Source: Squalus acanthias (lineage: Eukaryota). From it: DNA of 64,000 nt. Each line of letters begins with the position of its first letter. Positions within the stretch are counted from its first letter, which is position 1. The notes under the pieces are model-generated. The model was not told where the DNA came from. It searched no databases and was given only the letters and a program-made list of their open reading frames with translations. The DNA lies in NCBI GenBank assembly GCA_030390025.1, contig CM059432.1, positions 101,186,001 to 101,250,000 of the forward strand, written 5' to 3'. The position numbers were made by a program, and so were the translations under genes. Shown in pieces: positions 1-12,650 of this stretch.

Positions 1-308
1 GAAGGTTCAAAAGGAGGGGATGGCAGTATTGATCAAATAAACCATTATAGCACTGTAGAGGAATTATGTAGTTGAGGGGTAAAAGACCGCATCTATTTAG
101 TTAGAATTAAGGAACAATAGAGGTGCTATTATGCTACGGGGTGTGTCGTATAAGCCACTAAATAGTGGGAAGGAGATGAAGGAGCAAATTTGCAGGCAAA
201 TTACAGAAAGATGCAAGAACTACAGAGTAGTGATAATAGGGGACTTCAATTATCCTAATATAGACTGGGATCGTAACAGTGTAAAAGGCAAAGAGGGGGT
301 GGAATTCA
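1..308 (+). mobile_element. CR1 LINE ORF2 fragment (apurinic-endonuclease region), truncated by window edge
   Basis: ORF 131-319 contains IIGDFNYPNIDW, the CR1 APE motif; preceded by GGG-AVLIK-like coding sequence. Confidence 0.85.
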
Positions 309-3300
309 GAATAACATAAAAACATATGAATTAGGAGCAAGAGTAGGTCATACGCCTTTCGAGCCTGCTCAGCCATTCAATAAGATCATGGCTGATCTTT
401 GACCTCAACTCCACTTTCCTGCCCGATCCCCATATCCCTTGATTCCCCTCAAGTCCAAAAATCTATCTATTTCAGCCTTGAATATACTCAACGACTCAGC
501 ATCCACAATCCTTTGGGGTAGAGAATTCCAAAGATTTACAACCCTCTAAGTGAAGAAATTCCTTTTCATCTCAGTCTTAAATGGCTGACCCCTTATCCTG
601 AGACTATGCCCCCGAATTCTAGATTATCCAGCCAGGGGAAACAACCTCTTAGCATCTACCCTGTCAATCCCCTTCAGAATCTTGTATGTAGCAATGAGAT
701 CACCTCTCATTCTTCTAAACTCCATAGAGTATAGGCCCAATCTACTCAATCTCTCCTCATAGGACAACCCTCGCATCCCAGGGATCAATCTAGTGAACCT
801 TTGTTGCACCCTCTAAGGCACATATATCCTTCCTCAGATTAAGAGACCAAAACTGTGACACAGTACTCAAGGTGTGGTCTCACCAAAGCCCTGTTCAATT
901 GTAGTGAGACATCCCTACTCTTGTACTCCAACCCCCTTGCAATAAAGGCCAACATACCATTTGCCTTCCTAATTGGTTGCTGTACCTGCATGCTAACTTT
1001 ATGTGTTTCCTGTACGAGGACACCTAAATCTCTCTGAACACCAACATTTAATAGTTTCTTACCATTTAAAAAAAATTCTGTTTTTCTATTCTTCCTACCA
1101 AAGTGAATAACCTCACATTTCCCCACATTATACTCCATTTGCCACCTTATTGCCCACTCACTTAACGGGGGGAATTTTGCCAGCCTTGGGGAGGCGTGTA
1201 TGGAGGCGGGACTGCCGGGAAAATGGCAGAAACTGGGAGCGGGTACCGACCCCGCTCCCAACCCACCTCTGTGCTATTTTCCCGGGAGTTGGGTCCCCGA
1301 CTCGCGCAGGGACCCGTCTCCTTGAGGCGGGAAGGGGATTACAGCCAATTAACTGCCTGTTAACAGGTAGTTAACAGGCAGTTTTGAGGCTTATCCCTAT
1401 TTTACCCCTGCAAGTGCGGGCTTCTCGATGGCTGCGAACCTCGCTAGGGTCAGCGAGGTGAGCAGTGGGTCTGCGAGGCTGAGAGGGGTCAAGATGTCAG
1501 ATGTAGAAGTGAGTGATGGGTACAAGTGTGGAGAGGTAAGTATGAGAAGTGAGTGTAAAGTGTTAGAAAAAGTTTACTTACCTTTGCTTCTTCATGCAGG
1601 CTTCAACCCTTGGGGATCCGGAGGTGCTTCATCTCAATGGCAGAGATGACAGAATGGCTGCTGCATTCTCAGATGCAGCAGCCATCTGCTTTCTGCTGAG
1701 GAGAGAGGTTTTGGTGAGTCTTTGTGCAAGGGCTCACCTTAGAACAGAGATCATCAGTGTTTGACAGCTTCTCAAAGCTGTCAAACGCTGACAATTCATC
1801 TGTCAAAAAATTTTCAACAGATGAAACGTCATACGCTGACGTCCACTGTCACTGGCTTTCCCTTAATTGGCCAGCTAAGCCCGCAGGGTGGGCTTAACAA
1901 GGTCAATCAAGGGAAAATAGCGTGGGTTGGCCAGACGTCGTTGGGGGCGGGATTGAAACCCGAAAACCAGCAGTCCTGCCCCCAACGTGCCCCCATTGAC
2001 AAAATCCAGCCCAACGTGTCTATATCCATTTGCAGGCTCTTTGTGTCCTCCTCACAGCTTACGTTTCCACCTAGCTTTGTATTGTCATTAAACTTGGATA
2101 CATTCAGTCCCTTCATCTAAGTCATTAATATAGATTGCAAATAGCTGAGGCCCAAGCACTGATCCTTGCGGCACCCCACTGGTAACAGCCTGCCAACCTG
2201 AAAATGACCCGTTTATCACTATTCTCTGTATTCTGTCCATTAACCAACCCTCTATCCATGCTAATATATTACCCCCAACCCATGAGCCCTTACCTTGTAT
2301 AGCAACCTTTTATGTGACACCTTATCGAATGCTTTTTGGAAATCCAAATATATTACATCCACTGGTTTCCCTTTATCTACCCTGCTAGTTACATCCTCAA
2401 GGAACTCTTAATAAATTTGTCAAACATGATTTCCCTTTCATAAAACCATGTTGACTCTGCCTAATCATATTATGGTTTTCTAAGTGTCCTGTTATCACGT
2501 CCTTAATAATGGTTTCCAGCATTTTCCCGATGACTGATGTCAGGCTAACTGGCCTGTAGTTTCCTGTTTTCTTTCTCACTCCTTTCTTGAATAGCAGGGT
2601 TGCATGTGTCACCTTACAATCCGCTGGAACTATTCTAGAATCTAGGGAATTTTGGAAGACCACAACCAATGCATCCACTATTTCTGCAGCCACCTCTTTT
2701 AGAACCCTCGGATATAGGCCATCAGTTCCAGGGGATTTGTCGGCTTTTAGTGCCATTAGCTTCACAAGTATATTTTCTCTACTGATCTTAATTACTTTAA
2801 GTTCCTCACTCTCATTAGCCCCTTGTTTCCCCACTATTTCTGGTATTTTTTTTGTGTCTTCTACTGTGAAGACAGATACAAAATATGTGTAACGTCTCTG
2901 CTATTTCCTTATTCCCCATTATAATTTCTCCCGTCTCAGCCTCTAAGGGACCAATGCTTACTTTTGCTACTCTCTACCTTTTTACATACTTTTAGAAGCA
3001 CTTACAACCTGTTTTTATATTTCTTGCTAGTTTGCACTCATATTCTATTTTCTCCCTTTTTAACAATTTTTTGTTCATCCTTTGTTTGTTTCTAAAGCTC
3101 TCCCAATCCTCAGGCTTATGACTATTCTTCACAACATTATCAGCCTTTTCTTTTAATCTAATACTATCCTTAACTTCTTTGGTTAGCCATGGATGGATCA
3201 CATTTCCTGTGGCATTTTTATTTTTCAACGGAATGTATATTTGTTGAGAATTTTGGAATATTTCTTTAAATGTTTGCCACTGCATATCTACCATCATATG

Positions 3301-3665
3301 TTTTAATCTAATTTCCCAATCTACCTTAACCAACTCCCCCCTTGTACCTATGTAATTGGCTTTAGTTAAGTTTAAGATTATAGTTTCGGCTTTAAGTATT
3401 TCACTCTCAAACTCGATGTGAAATTCTTCATATTATGATCACTCTTCCCCAGAGGATCCTTTACTATGAGATTACTAATTAACCCTGTTTCATTACACAA
3501 TACAAGATCTAAAATAGCCTGTTCCCCGGTTGGTTCCACGATGTATTGTTCTAGGAAACTGTCTTGAATGCATTCCATGAACTCATCCTCCAGACTATCC
3601 TTGCCAATTTGATTTGCCCAGTGTATATGAAGACTAAAGTACCCCATGATTATTGCATTACCTCG
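309..3665 (-). mobile_element. Decayed 5'-truncated CR1 LINE (APE through RT to 3' UTR), interrupted by a Harbinger-type MITE at 1167-2012
   Basis: Minus-strand ORFs 624-809, 839-1261, 2397-2834, 2992-3333 and 3378-3677 carry CR1 motifs (KSPGTDG, NYRPVSLTS, QHGFMKGKSCLTNL, LVRPHLEYC, RRMRGDLI); CR1 3' UTR and tail near 310-400. Confidence 0.93.
1167..2012. mobile_element. Non-autonomous PIF/Harbinger-type element, family A copy 1
   Basis: Termini GGGGGGAATTTTGCC and GACAAAATCCAGCCC (imperfect TIR); 3-bp TSD AAC (1164-1166, 2013-2015); CR1 sequence resumes on both sides; second copy at 36637-37460. Confidence 0.88.
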
Positions 3666-3755
3666 AGCACCAGGCATGAATGATTCTTCTCTTTAGAAGC
3701 TCCCCATTACTGGGCAGGGAATTGTGTGTGATTTAAATGGGTCTGTTGAGACGAG

Positions 3756-5539
3756 GGCCGCGATTCTGCCGATGCTCAGAGTGCGGGTTTGGAGGCGGGT
3801 CCGCTGTCAAATTGAAATGATTGACAGCGGGTTGGGAACCCACTGCGAACCCGCCTCCATGTAAGTTTCTAAAGTGTCGGGTCTGCAAATTCAGAACAGA
3901 CCCGACACCAAGCGGCGGGGGAGGCATTTAAGATAGTCAAATGCTTGTTAAATGCTTGTTAACTACAATTTTGCCAGCCTTTTTCTATTTTACCACATTT
4001 TTAAAGGGGTTCATGTCATTTGGAGATCATATCTCGTAAGTATGTCGGGTTCTCTATCTCTCCCCATTGCTGTGAATAGGCGATAGCTGCAAAAGTGGTA
4101 TGAGAGCTCCCATTTGACAGCTGTTCACTTTCCAATGTCAGAAGCTTGAGCCTTTAGGACTTGGAAGACACTTCTGAGCTTTATACAGTTTGGAAGTGTT
4201 TGGAATAAACTCTCTATCCACTGTCACCTCCTTGGAGCAAGCTCTCTCACCATTGAAAGATTGCTTCTGTCATCTCAACTTCAGCTGCCATCTATTCCAG
4301 CAATATCAGTGCCCTTCAAAAAATCTCATCTTGGTCCTTTGAATCCCTCCATGATCAGCCCCAACACCAACATCACCAGGCACACCAACATCACCAACAA
4401 TACCAACCTTCTCTGCAATAACCTGATGCTGCTCAGGACACAGGGCATCAGCACCCGTCAACATTGTTGCCCAGGAGGCCAGCGATGGCATCACCACGGC
4501 CAGATTTACTTCACTTGACGCTGTACACCCTGGCTGCCACATGATGCGCCAGGTTGACACCACCCCACAGCAGCACCATAAAACATCCCTATAATGTCCA
4601 AGCCATTCCTTTCACACTCATCATAATTGGGGGGGGGGGGGGGGGTGGCGGCGGGGGGGTGAAGTTATGTCTCAACATTCACCGGAACTCACTAAGACAC
4701 TTCTAAAGGTGAGCACAGATCTGTCCAATAAGGTAAAAGTGTTGAAAATATAGATTTCAATGTTTGACAACACATTAACAGAAACTTCACATGAACATTG
4801 GCTAAACCACCCAAATGCCTACCCTTGTGTGTTGTTAGTTGGTATGCTTGCAGTAGCATGAGGGTGGCTAGTGAGATGGGGAAGTGATAATGTAGATAGA
4901 GAGGGATGGGTGGAGGTGCAAGGTAAGTTGGTGTGAGTAAAGATGTGCAGGAGTACGGTAAGGAAGGCAGAGTGATGTGGATGTGATGAGTGGCACAGCA
5001 GGATGAGGTTGAGTGTAGCTTTGCAGTAACGTTTCGTGATCTGCTCAGATCATTGAAATGCTTGTGCCAATGTAGCCTGGTCCTCCTGACGATATCTCTG
5101 CTTGTGTCCTCCTGTGCAATGTGCAACCAGGCTGCATTGATCTCCTGGGGGGGTCTCTTCCACCCATGGGAAGGGAAGAGAACCTCTCTGCGTGCTGTGA
5201 CTCCCTCCATAAGCATATGCAGGGAGTCATGCGAGAGCCTTGGTGCAGCCGTCCACCTTTGTGCAGTGCTTGTCAGGGTTTGCAGCACCTCAATGCTGCA
5301 GAAACTGACAGCACGACTGTCAAAATCAATGTGGGCATGATCCCTTTAAAGAAACCGGCTGATGACGCATCATCAAATGATGTCATCAGACCCGCTTCCG
5401 TTTAATTGGCCGGGAAACGCGCAGAGCAGGCTTAACAAGTAAATCACTTGGAGAAAGCAGGCTGGAGCCGGGAGCGGGACCGGGACCCACCAACCACCTC
5501 TCCTGCTGCGATCCTGTCTCCGCTGGCGAAATTGCGGCC
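3756..5539 (-). mobile_element. Internally deleted Harbinger element, family B copy 1, retaining Myb/SANT exon 1
   Basis: TIRs GGCCGCGATTCTGCC and GGCGAAATTGCGGCC; minus ORF 4692-5288 has APRLSHDSLHMLMEGVTARREVLFP...AWLHIAQ...KHFNDLSRS (Myb/SANT-like); homologous to 43711-47453 in opposite orientation; no TSD found. Confidence 0.85.
5030..5255 (-). pseudogene. Harbinger Myb/SANT-like DNA-binding protein exon 1 remnant
   Basis: Peptide aligns by eye with 18972-19214 (RF/LS...L...V..RR.VLFP...W..IA...R....K.F.DL). Confidence 0.8.
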
Positions 5540-5715
5540 AATGTCAATTGAAAATTTCAAAACTGAGATTGCTAGATTTTTGTAAGGCAAAAGTATTAAG
5601 GATTACGGGACCAAGGCAAGTAGATGGAGTTAAGATACAGATCAGCCATGATCTAACTGAATGGTGGAACAGGCTCGAAGGGCTGAATGGCCTACTCCTG
5701 TTCCTAAGTTCCTAC
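5540..5715 (+). mobile_element. CR1 LINE 3' end fragment
   Basis: GATCAGCCATGATCT...GAATGG...CAGGCTCGAAGGGCTGAATGGCCTACTCCTGTTCCT, the same 3' UTR as other CR1 copies in the window. Confidence 0.85.
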
Positions 5716-6049
5716 GTCTACCTTTTTTATAAGCATAGGAAATAATATAGTTCAATCAGATTTACTGCTGGTGCTAGAAACTCTATTCCAGCTGCTCATT
5801 CCTGCTAATGGTTATTGGATGCTGAGATGACTGCTGAGAGTTTCTCGCAATAGGTGGTAACACATATTAATGTCAATGGAACATTTTTGGTGAACCTAGT
5901 TGCAGTGCCTGAAAAAGAATGACCTCGGCTGGGGTGCTGAATTAGTAGACCCTAATAAAACCTTATTTTAATGTTACCTATAAATTAAGCACGGCATGTA
6001 CAGTTACTTCCCGTCCATACAATCTGACAATACTTTGAATGCTTCCCAT

Positions 6050-6520
6050 GAATAGAACTGAGAAGTTATAACTATCAGGAAAGACTGAACAGGCTGGGGC
6101 TATTTTCTCTAGAAAAGAGAAGGGTGACCTAATAGATGTCTTTAGAATTATGAAGATGTTTAATAGGCTAGTTGGAGAGAAGATGTTTCCACTTGTGGGG
6201 AAGTCCAAAACTAGAGATCATAAATATAAGATAGTCACTAATAAATCCAATAAGGAATTTAGGAGACCTGTCTTTACCCAGAGAGTAGTTCGAATGTGGA
6301 ACTCACTACAACATGCAGCAGCTGATGATAATAGCATATATGCATTTAAGAGGAAGCTGGATAAGTACATGAGGGAGAAAGAAATAGTAGGATGTGCTGA
6401 CAGGGTAAGATAAAGTAGAGTGGGAAGAAGTGAGGTAAAGTAGAGTGGGCGTGTGGAGCATAAACACTGGCATAAGCCAATTGGGCCTCAAGGCCTGTTT
6501 CTGTGCTGTAAATTCTATGT
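6050..6520 (+). mobile_element. Older CR1 LINE 3' fragment
   Basis: ORF 6150-6413 KMFPLVGKSKTRDH...FTQRVVRMWNSL...FKRKLDKYM is the CR1 ORF2 C-terminus. Confidence 0.85.
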
Positions 6521-6814
6521 AATAAATGCACAATATGCAGCAGCTCCCTTCAGCACAAGGAGCTCCTTCCTTCACTCACATTTACAATTGCTATTTCCCC
6601 TAACAATTTCTTCCACTTATTGTACCTGCATGATGCATGTTCATTTAATCACTCCCACTTGGGGCTGCACTCATAGACATGGTTATCATGTATGACCACC
6701 TGCCAATTTCACTTTCTCTACTCTTTCAATTTGTCAACTCCGTCCATACAATTTGCAGGAGAGGATTGCATATAACAATAGGAGAGAACACATACAGAAA
6801 GAGGACCCGCCAAT

Positions 6815-6988
6815 CAATGTCCTCTGTAAGCTGTGCTTTGTTCTGTGTGGCCTGTTTCTTTTCATACGCGGTCCCTTTAAATTTCTGCACATGTGCAGTA
6901 TTTACACTGTAAAAGCCCGTGAGCAGCCTGCGCGGGACCTTTCAGAATACTGCACGGCCACACACGGCGTACCTTAGCAGGAACATTG
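6815..6988. mobile_element. hAT-type MITE (174 bp)
   Basis: Termini CAATGTCCTCTGTAAG and CTTAGCAGGAACATTG (imperfect TIR); 8-bp TSD CCGCCAAT/CCACCAAT (6807-6814, 6989-6996). Confidence 0.7.
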
Positions 6989-7790
6989 CCACCAATCCTC
7001 TATCCCACTTTGAGGGGCGACATGAGAGATCCAGGGAAAAGAGAACATTGAAGAAACAAGGAATGTAAAAGGAGTTTGGGCCCCAGCTGATGATTTGTAC
7101 CAAACTTCTCAAGATCTTTATTCTCCTCCAATTTATTCAGTCACTCACTGGAACCAAAAGGTAAGCTAAAGCACTGGTATCAAACTTGCAGCCTTCGATG
7201 GCCAGCCAACTCCGACCTATTTTCACTTATTTACTCATTTATTCTGTTTGAATGTTATAGGCCTGAAGGTTTGGAAAGAGCGTTTTTTAGAGATGTTGCC
7301 TCATTAGTAGACTATTTGCAAATTATAACACCAAGATCTGTCAGTATCCACAGCTTCAGATATATGCAAAATAATGGGGTGTGGATTTAAAATTTATCAC
7401 CTGAAATCTCCATTTCTGAGTGGAGATCATGAGAACCTGACAGGAAATCCCCCCTATATGCGATCCTCGTGGCTCCAAGGTATGTACCTATGTGGTACAC
7501 TAAAACAAAAGTTTGGACACGCCTCTGCTAAAGCACATGTTCACGTTAGTCATTCAGTGGAAAGCACATTTCAAGGCTTGTCATAAAGACAACATTGTCA
7601 CGCTTGCTCTTCTTCTGTTTCTATGGGTGTGCCATGTGAAATTGAGTTGGGGTCCAAGGAACCAAAAGAGGGCAGCACCTCATCAAATGCACCATTTCAC
7701 ATTCTAACACTGCAAAACACCAGCTCAGGTACATCCACTCCAGGGAACTTTGTGAATAAAGTTGAGGAGAGTGCACAGACAGGAAAATAA

Positions 7791-8097
7791 AAGGACTTGC
7801 AGTTATATAGCAGCTTTCACCACATTAGGATATTGCAAAGCACTTTACAACCAATGAAGTACTTTTGAAGTGTAATCACTTTTGCAATGTAAGGAAATGC
7901 GGCAAACAATTTGCATACAGCAAGGTCCCACAAACAGCAATGAGATAAATGACCAAATATTCATTTTTTTTTTAGTGATGTTGGTTGAGAGATAAAAATT
8001 GGCCAGGAAGCCAGAAGAACTCCTCCGCTCTTCTAATAGTGTTATGGAATCTTTTATGTCCACCTGAGAGGGCAGATGGAGCCTTGGTTTAATGTCA
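7791..8097 (-). mobile_element. Deu-domain SINE (SacSINE1-like), 3' portion; 5' head lies at 10241-10375 beyond an L2 insertion
   Basis: Reverse complement matches the body and tail of the complete SINE at 16791-17259. Confidence 0.85.
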
Positions 8098-10240
8098 CAA
8101 CACCAACAACTTATATTTTTATAGTGTCTTTAACGCAATAAAACGTTCCAAGGCGCTTCACAGAAGCGTTAACAAAACACAAAATTTGACACTGAGCCAT
8201 ATAAGGAGTTGTTAGGCAGATGACCAAAAGCGTGGTCAAAGAGGTTAGTTTTAAGGAGCGTCTTAAAGGAGGAAAAAGAAGTGGAGAGGCGGAGAGATTT
8301 AGGGAGGGAATTCCAGAGCATAGGACCTAGGCAGCTGAAGGCACAACCGCCAAAGGTGGAGCAATTAAAATCGGGATTGTTCAAAAGGCCAGAATAGGTG
8401 GAGCGCAGAGGTCTGGGGGGATTATAGAGCTAGAGGAGATTTGAGATAAGGAGCGGTGAGGCCATGTAGGAATTTGAAAACAAGGATGAGAATTTTAAAA
8501 TCGAAGCATGCTTAACTGGGAGCCAATGGAGGTCAGCAAGTACAGGGGAACTGGATGAGTGGGACTTGGTGTGAGTTAGGACACGGGCGGCAGAGTTTTG
8601 GATGATCTCAAGTTTATGGAGGGTAGAACTAAGAAGGCCGGCCAGGAGAGCATTGGAATAATCAAGTCGAGACGTGATAAAGGCATGGATGAGGATTTCG
8701 GCAGCAGATAAGTTGAGGTAAGGGTGGAGGTGGGTGATATTACAAAGGTGGAAATTAGCGGTCTTAGTGAAAGAACGGATATGAGGTAGGAAGCTCAATT
8801 TGTGATCAAATATGACACCAAGGTTGTGAACAAACTTGGTCAGCCTTAGACAGTTGCCGGGGAGAGAAATCGAATCAGTGGAAAGGGAATGGAGTTTGTG
8901 GTGTGAACCGAAGACAATGGCTTTGGTCTTCCTGATATTTAATTGGAGGAAATTTCTACTCATCCAGTGCTGGATGTCGGACAAGCAGTCTGATAGCATA
9001 GAGATGATAGAGGGTTCGAGAGAGGAGGAGGAAGATAGAGCTGGGTATCATCAGCATAATGATAATGAAAATTCACGTTGTGTCACTGGATGATGTCACC
9101 GAGGGACAGCATGTAGATAAGAAGTAGGAGGGGGCCAAAGATAAATCCTTGGGGGACACCAGAGGTGCCGGTGCGGGATCGGAAAGAGAAGCCATTGCAG
9201 GTGATTCTATGATTATGGCTGGAAAGATAGGAATGAAACCAGGCGAGCGCAGTCCCATCCAGGTGGAGAGGCATTAGAGCAGAATTTTGTGGTCAACCAT
9301 GTCAAAGGCTGTAGACAGGCCCAGAAGGATGAAAAGGGATAATTTACCTTTGTCGCAGTCAATTAGGATGTCATTTGTGACCTTGGTAAGAGCCTTTCAG
9401 GTACTATGGTGGGGGCAAAAGCCTAATTAGAAGGATTCAAACAAGGAGTTCTGGGAAAGATGGGCACTGATTTGGGAGGTGACAACATATTCAAGAACTT
9501 TGGAGAGGAAAGGGAGGTTGGATATGGGGCAATAGTTTGCAAGGACAGGGAGGGTCAAGGGTTGTTTTTTTGAGGAGAGGGGTGATGACAGCAGATTTGA
9601 AGGAAAGGGGGACAATACCTGAGGAGAGAGAACCATTAACAATAACATGGGAGCCAGGAAGGGAAGTTGGGTGGTAAGAAATTTAGTAGGAATAGGGTTG
9701 AGAGAGCAGGAAGTCGGTCTCATTGACAAGATGAGCTTTGAAAGGGCAAGAGGAAAGATAGGAGAGAAATTAGAGAAATATGCAGATTTAGGGTTAGGGC
9801 GGGGGGGGGGGGAAACGGAAAGGAAGTAAGGTCTGGTGGGCTAGGGGGAGGGAAGGAAGTAGCAGAGGCAGTTGAACGGATGTTGTCGATCCTTTTAACA
9901 AAGAAGTCCATGAGCTCCTCACATTTAATGCTGGAGGTGATGGAGGAGGATGCAAGGGAGGGTGGTTTGAGAAGACGGTTAGTGGTGGAGAGTGGAAGCC
10001 TAGTGTTATTTTTGCCATCCTGGATGATCTTAGAATAGTGGGCGGTTTTAGTGATGGAGATCAGGACCCGGTGGTGCTTTATATGATCTAGCCAAATCTG
10101 CTGATGGTGATTCGGCTAGTTGTCCGCCAAAGACGTTCAAGTCTGTGTCCCTTGGATTTACGGGAGCGGAGATGAGGGGTATACCGGGGGAATGACTTGG
10201 GTGCGAGAGTTTAATGATTTTAGTGGGGACAAGGGCATCA
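8098..10240 (-). mobile_element. Decayed L2 LINE, 5'-truncated, nested in a SINE
   Basis: Minus ORFs: NYCPISNLPFLSKVLE, SGVPQG..GPLL..IYML, WMSRNFLQLN.KTK, HAFITSRLDYSNALL, LHWLPV; (CAA)n tail at about 8098-8110. Confidence 0.92.
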
Positions 10241-10375
10241 AAAGACAGTACTTAAGCTCTGCCTCAGTACTGCGCTGGAGTGTCAGCTGAGATTTTGTGC
10301 TCAAGTCTCTGGAGTGGGGCTTGAACTCACGATCTTCTGAGGTGAGGGTGCGACCACTGAGCCACGACTGACACC
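10241..10375 (-). mobile_element. tRNA-derived 5' head of Deu-domain SINE
   Basis: Reverse complement GGTGTCAGTCGTGGCTCAGTGG...GAGTTCAAGCCCCACTCCAGAGACTTGAGCAC has Pol III A- and B-box-like motifs and matches the SINE head at 16791. Confidence 0.8.
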
Positions 10376-10888
10376 ATGTGCAGGAACAGCAGGTGGTGGC
10401 AGTGGAGAAGCAGGAACCTGCTGTCTAGAAGGGCAACTCACCTTCCTCTTCAGTTGATGAAGGCTAAGATCTGGACCTTTGCAGTTAGGATTTTTTATTG
10501 AAAAAGCTAACTTTCTGAGCATCAAAGTTTGCTGCAATAATTGCACACCATGCCAAGCAACCTTCAACAGCTACCATGGAGGAGTCCACAACCTGAATTT
10601 CCACTCAATCAATGCATTGAATTAGTACACTGCAGTGCATCATAGAGCATTTGGCTACTCCAAGGACATCTGCAGCAGCATCTGCAGAACTTACTGTTTT
10701 TATTGGCTTTAAGGTCAATCAGATGTGAATGTTCAGGTTGCTGCTATAGAGGCCATGGGCTCCAATATGCAACAGACTGTCTCCTCCGCTTGGATGTACG
10801 TGAAGATCATATGGAACAAACTGTGCATTGAGGTTTCAACTATCTCATTGCTGCAATTGGGCCTGCTGTCATATAGGTCAGTAGGTAC

Positions 10889-12650
10889 ATTGGGGAACAA
10901 AGAAATGGCAGATCAATTAAATACATACTTTGGTTCTGTCTTCACAAAGGAGGACACAAATAACCTCCCAGAGATGTCGGGGAACATAGGGTCTAATGGG
11001 AGGGAGGAACTGAAAGAAATCAGTATTTGTAGGGAAATAGTGTTAGGGAAATTGACGGGATTGAAGGCCGATAAATCCCCAGGGCCTGATAATCTACATC
11101 CTAGGGTACTTAAGGAAGTGGCCCTAGAAATAGTAGATGCATTGCTCGTCATCTTCCAAAATTCTATAGACTCTGGAACAGCACCCATGGATTGGAGGGT
11201 AGCTAATGTTACCCCACTATTCAAAAAAGGTGGTAGAGAGAAAACGGGGAATTATAGACCGGTAAAAGTGGGGAAAATGCTAGAGTCCATTATAAAAGAT
11301 GTAATAGCAGAGCACTTGGAAAACAGTGACAGGATTGGACAAAGTCAACATGGATTTACAAAAGGTAAATCGTGCTTGACTAATCTACTGGAATTTTTTG
11401 AGGATGTAACTGGTAAAATAGATAAGGGAGAACCAGTGGATGTGGTGTATTTGGACTTTCAGAAGGCTTTCGATAAGGGCCCGCATAAGAGATTAGCGTG
11501 TAAAGTTAAGGCACATGGGATTGGGGGCAAGGTATTGACTTGGATAGAGAACTGGTTGGCAGACAGAAAGCAAAGAGTTGGAATAAATGGGTCTTTTTCC
11601 GAGTGGCAGGCAGTGACTAGTGGGGTACCGCAGGGATCGGTCCTAGGACCCCAGCTATTCACAATATATATTAATGATCTAGACGAGGGAATTGGATGTA
11701 ATATCTCCAAGTTTGCAGACGACACAAAGCTGGGTGGGAGTGTGTGCCGTGAGGAGGATGCCGAGAAACTCCAGTATGATTTGGACAGGTTGGGTGATTG
11801 GGCAGAAGCATGGCAGATGCAATATAATGTGGATAAATGCGAGGTTTTCCACTTTGGTGTCAAAAACAGGAAGGCAGATTATTATCTGAATGGCAATAGA
11901 TTGGGAGAAGGGGAAGTGCAACGAGACCTGGGTGTCCTTGTGCACCAGTCGCTGAAGGTAAGCATGCAGGTGCAGCAGGCGGTTAAGAAGGCAAATTGTA
12001 TGTTGGCCTTCGTAGCGAAAGGTTTCGAGTACAGGAACAAGGATGTCTTGCTGCAGTTGTACAGGGCCTTGGTGAGACCACATCTTGAGTATTGTGTGCA
12101 GTTTTGGTCGCCTTATCTGAGGAAGGATGTTCTTGCCATGGAGGGAGTGCAGCGAAGATTCACCAGGCTGATACCTGGGATGGCAGGAATGACGTATGAG
12201 GAGAGATTGGGTCGATTGGGCTTATACTCGCTGGAGTTTAGAAGAATGAGAGGGGATCTCATTGAAACTTATAAAATTCTAACAGGACTAGACAGACTAG
12301 ATGCAGGAAGGATGTTCCCGATGGCCGGGGAGTCCAGAACCAGGGGTCACAGTCTAAGGATAAGGGGTAAGCCATTTAGGACTGAGATGAGGAGGAATTT
12401 CTTCACCCAGAGAGTGGTGAACCTGTGGAATTCTCTATCACAGAAGGCAGTAGAGGCCAATTCATTAAATATATTCAAGAAGGAGTTAGATATATTTCTT
12501 AAAGCTAAAGGGATCAAGGGATATGGGGAGTAGGCAGGGACAGGGTACTGAATTTGGATGATCAGCCATGATCTCATTGAATGGTGGAGCAGGCACGAGG
12601 GGCTGAATGGCCTGCTCCTGCTCCTATCTTCTATGTTTCTATGTTATGTT
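10889..12650 (+). mobile_element. Young 5'-truncated CR1 LINE with an open RT reading frame
   Basis: ORF 10725-12533 is CR1 from about GNKEMADQL onward ([35 protein letters not shown]); small in-frame deletion at NYRPV-KVGKML; CTATGTTT-type tail near 12630-12650. Confidence 0.95.

Noticed and set aside
4629..4659. Long G runs (also 9800-9812 and 53454-53488) as G-quadruplex elements
   Set aside because: Homopolymer expansions inside or near TEs, also prone to sequencing error; no supporting context
7141..7160. Possible micro-exons with AG/GT borders (also 13051-13096 on + and about 53777-53798 on -)
   Set aside because: Peptides unrecognisable and such site pairs are expected by chance in 64 kb; needs RNA-seq
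10725..10888. N-terminal extension of the 602-aa ORF, suggesting a chimeric or domesticated RT gene
   Set aside because: Begins at a GTG in non-CR1 flank with no recognisable domain; chance in-frame read-through into a 5'-truncated CR1
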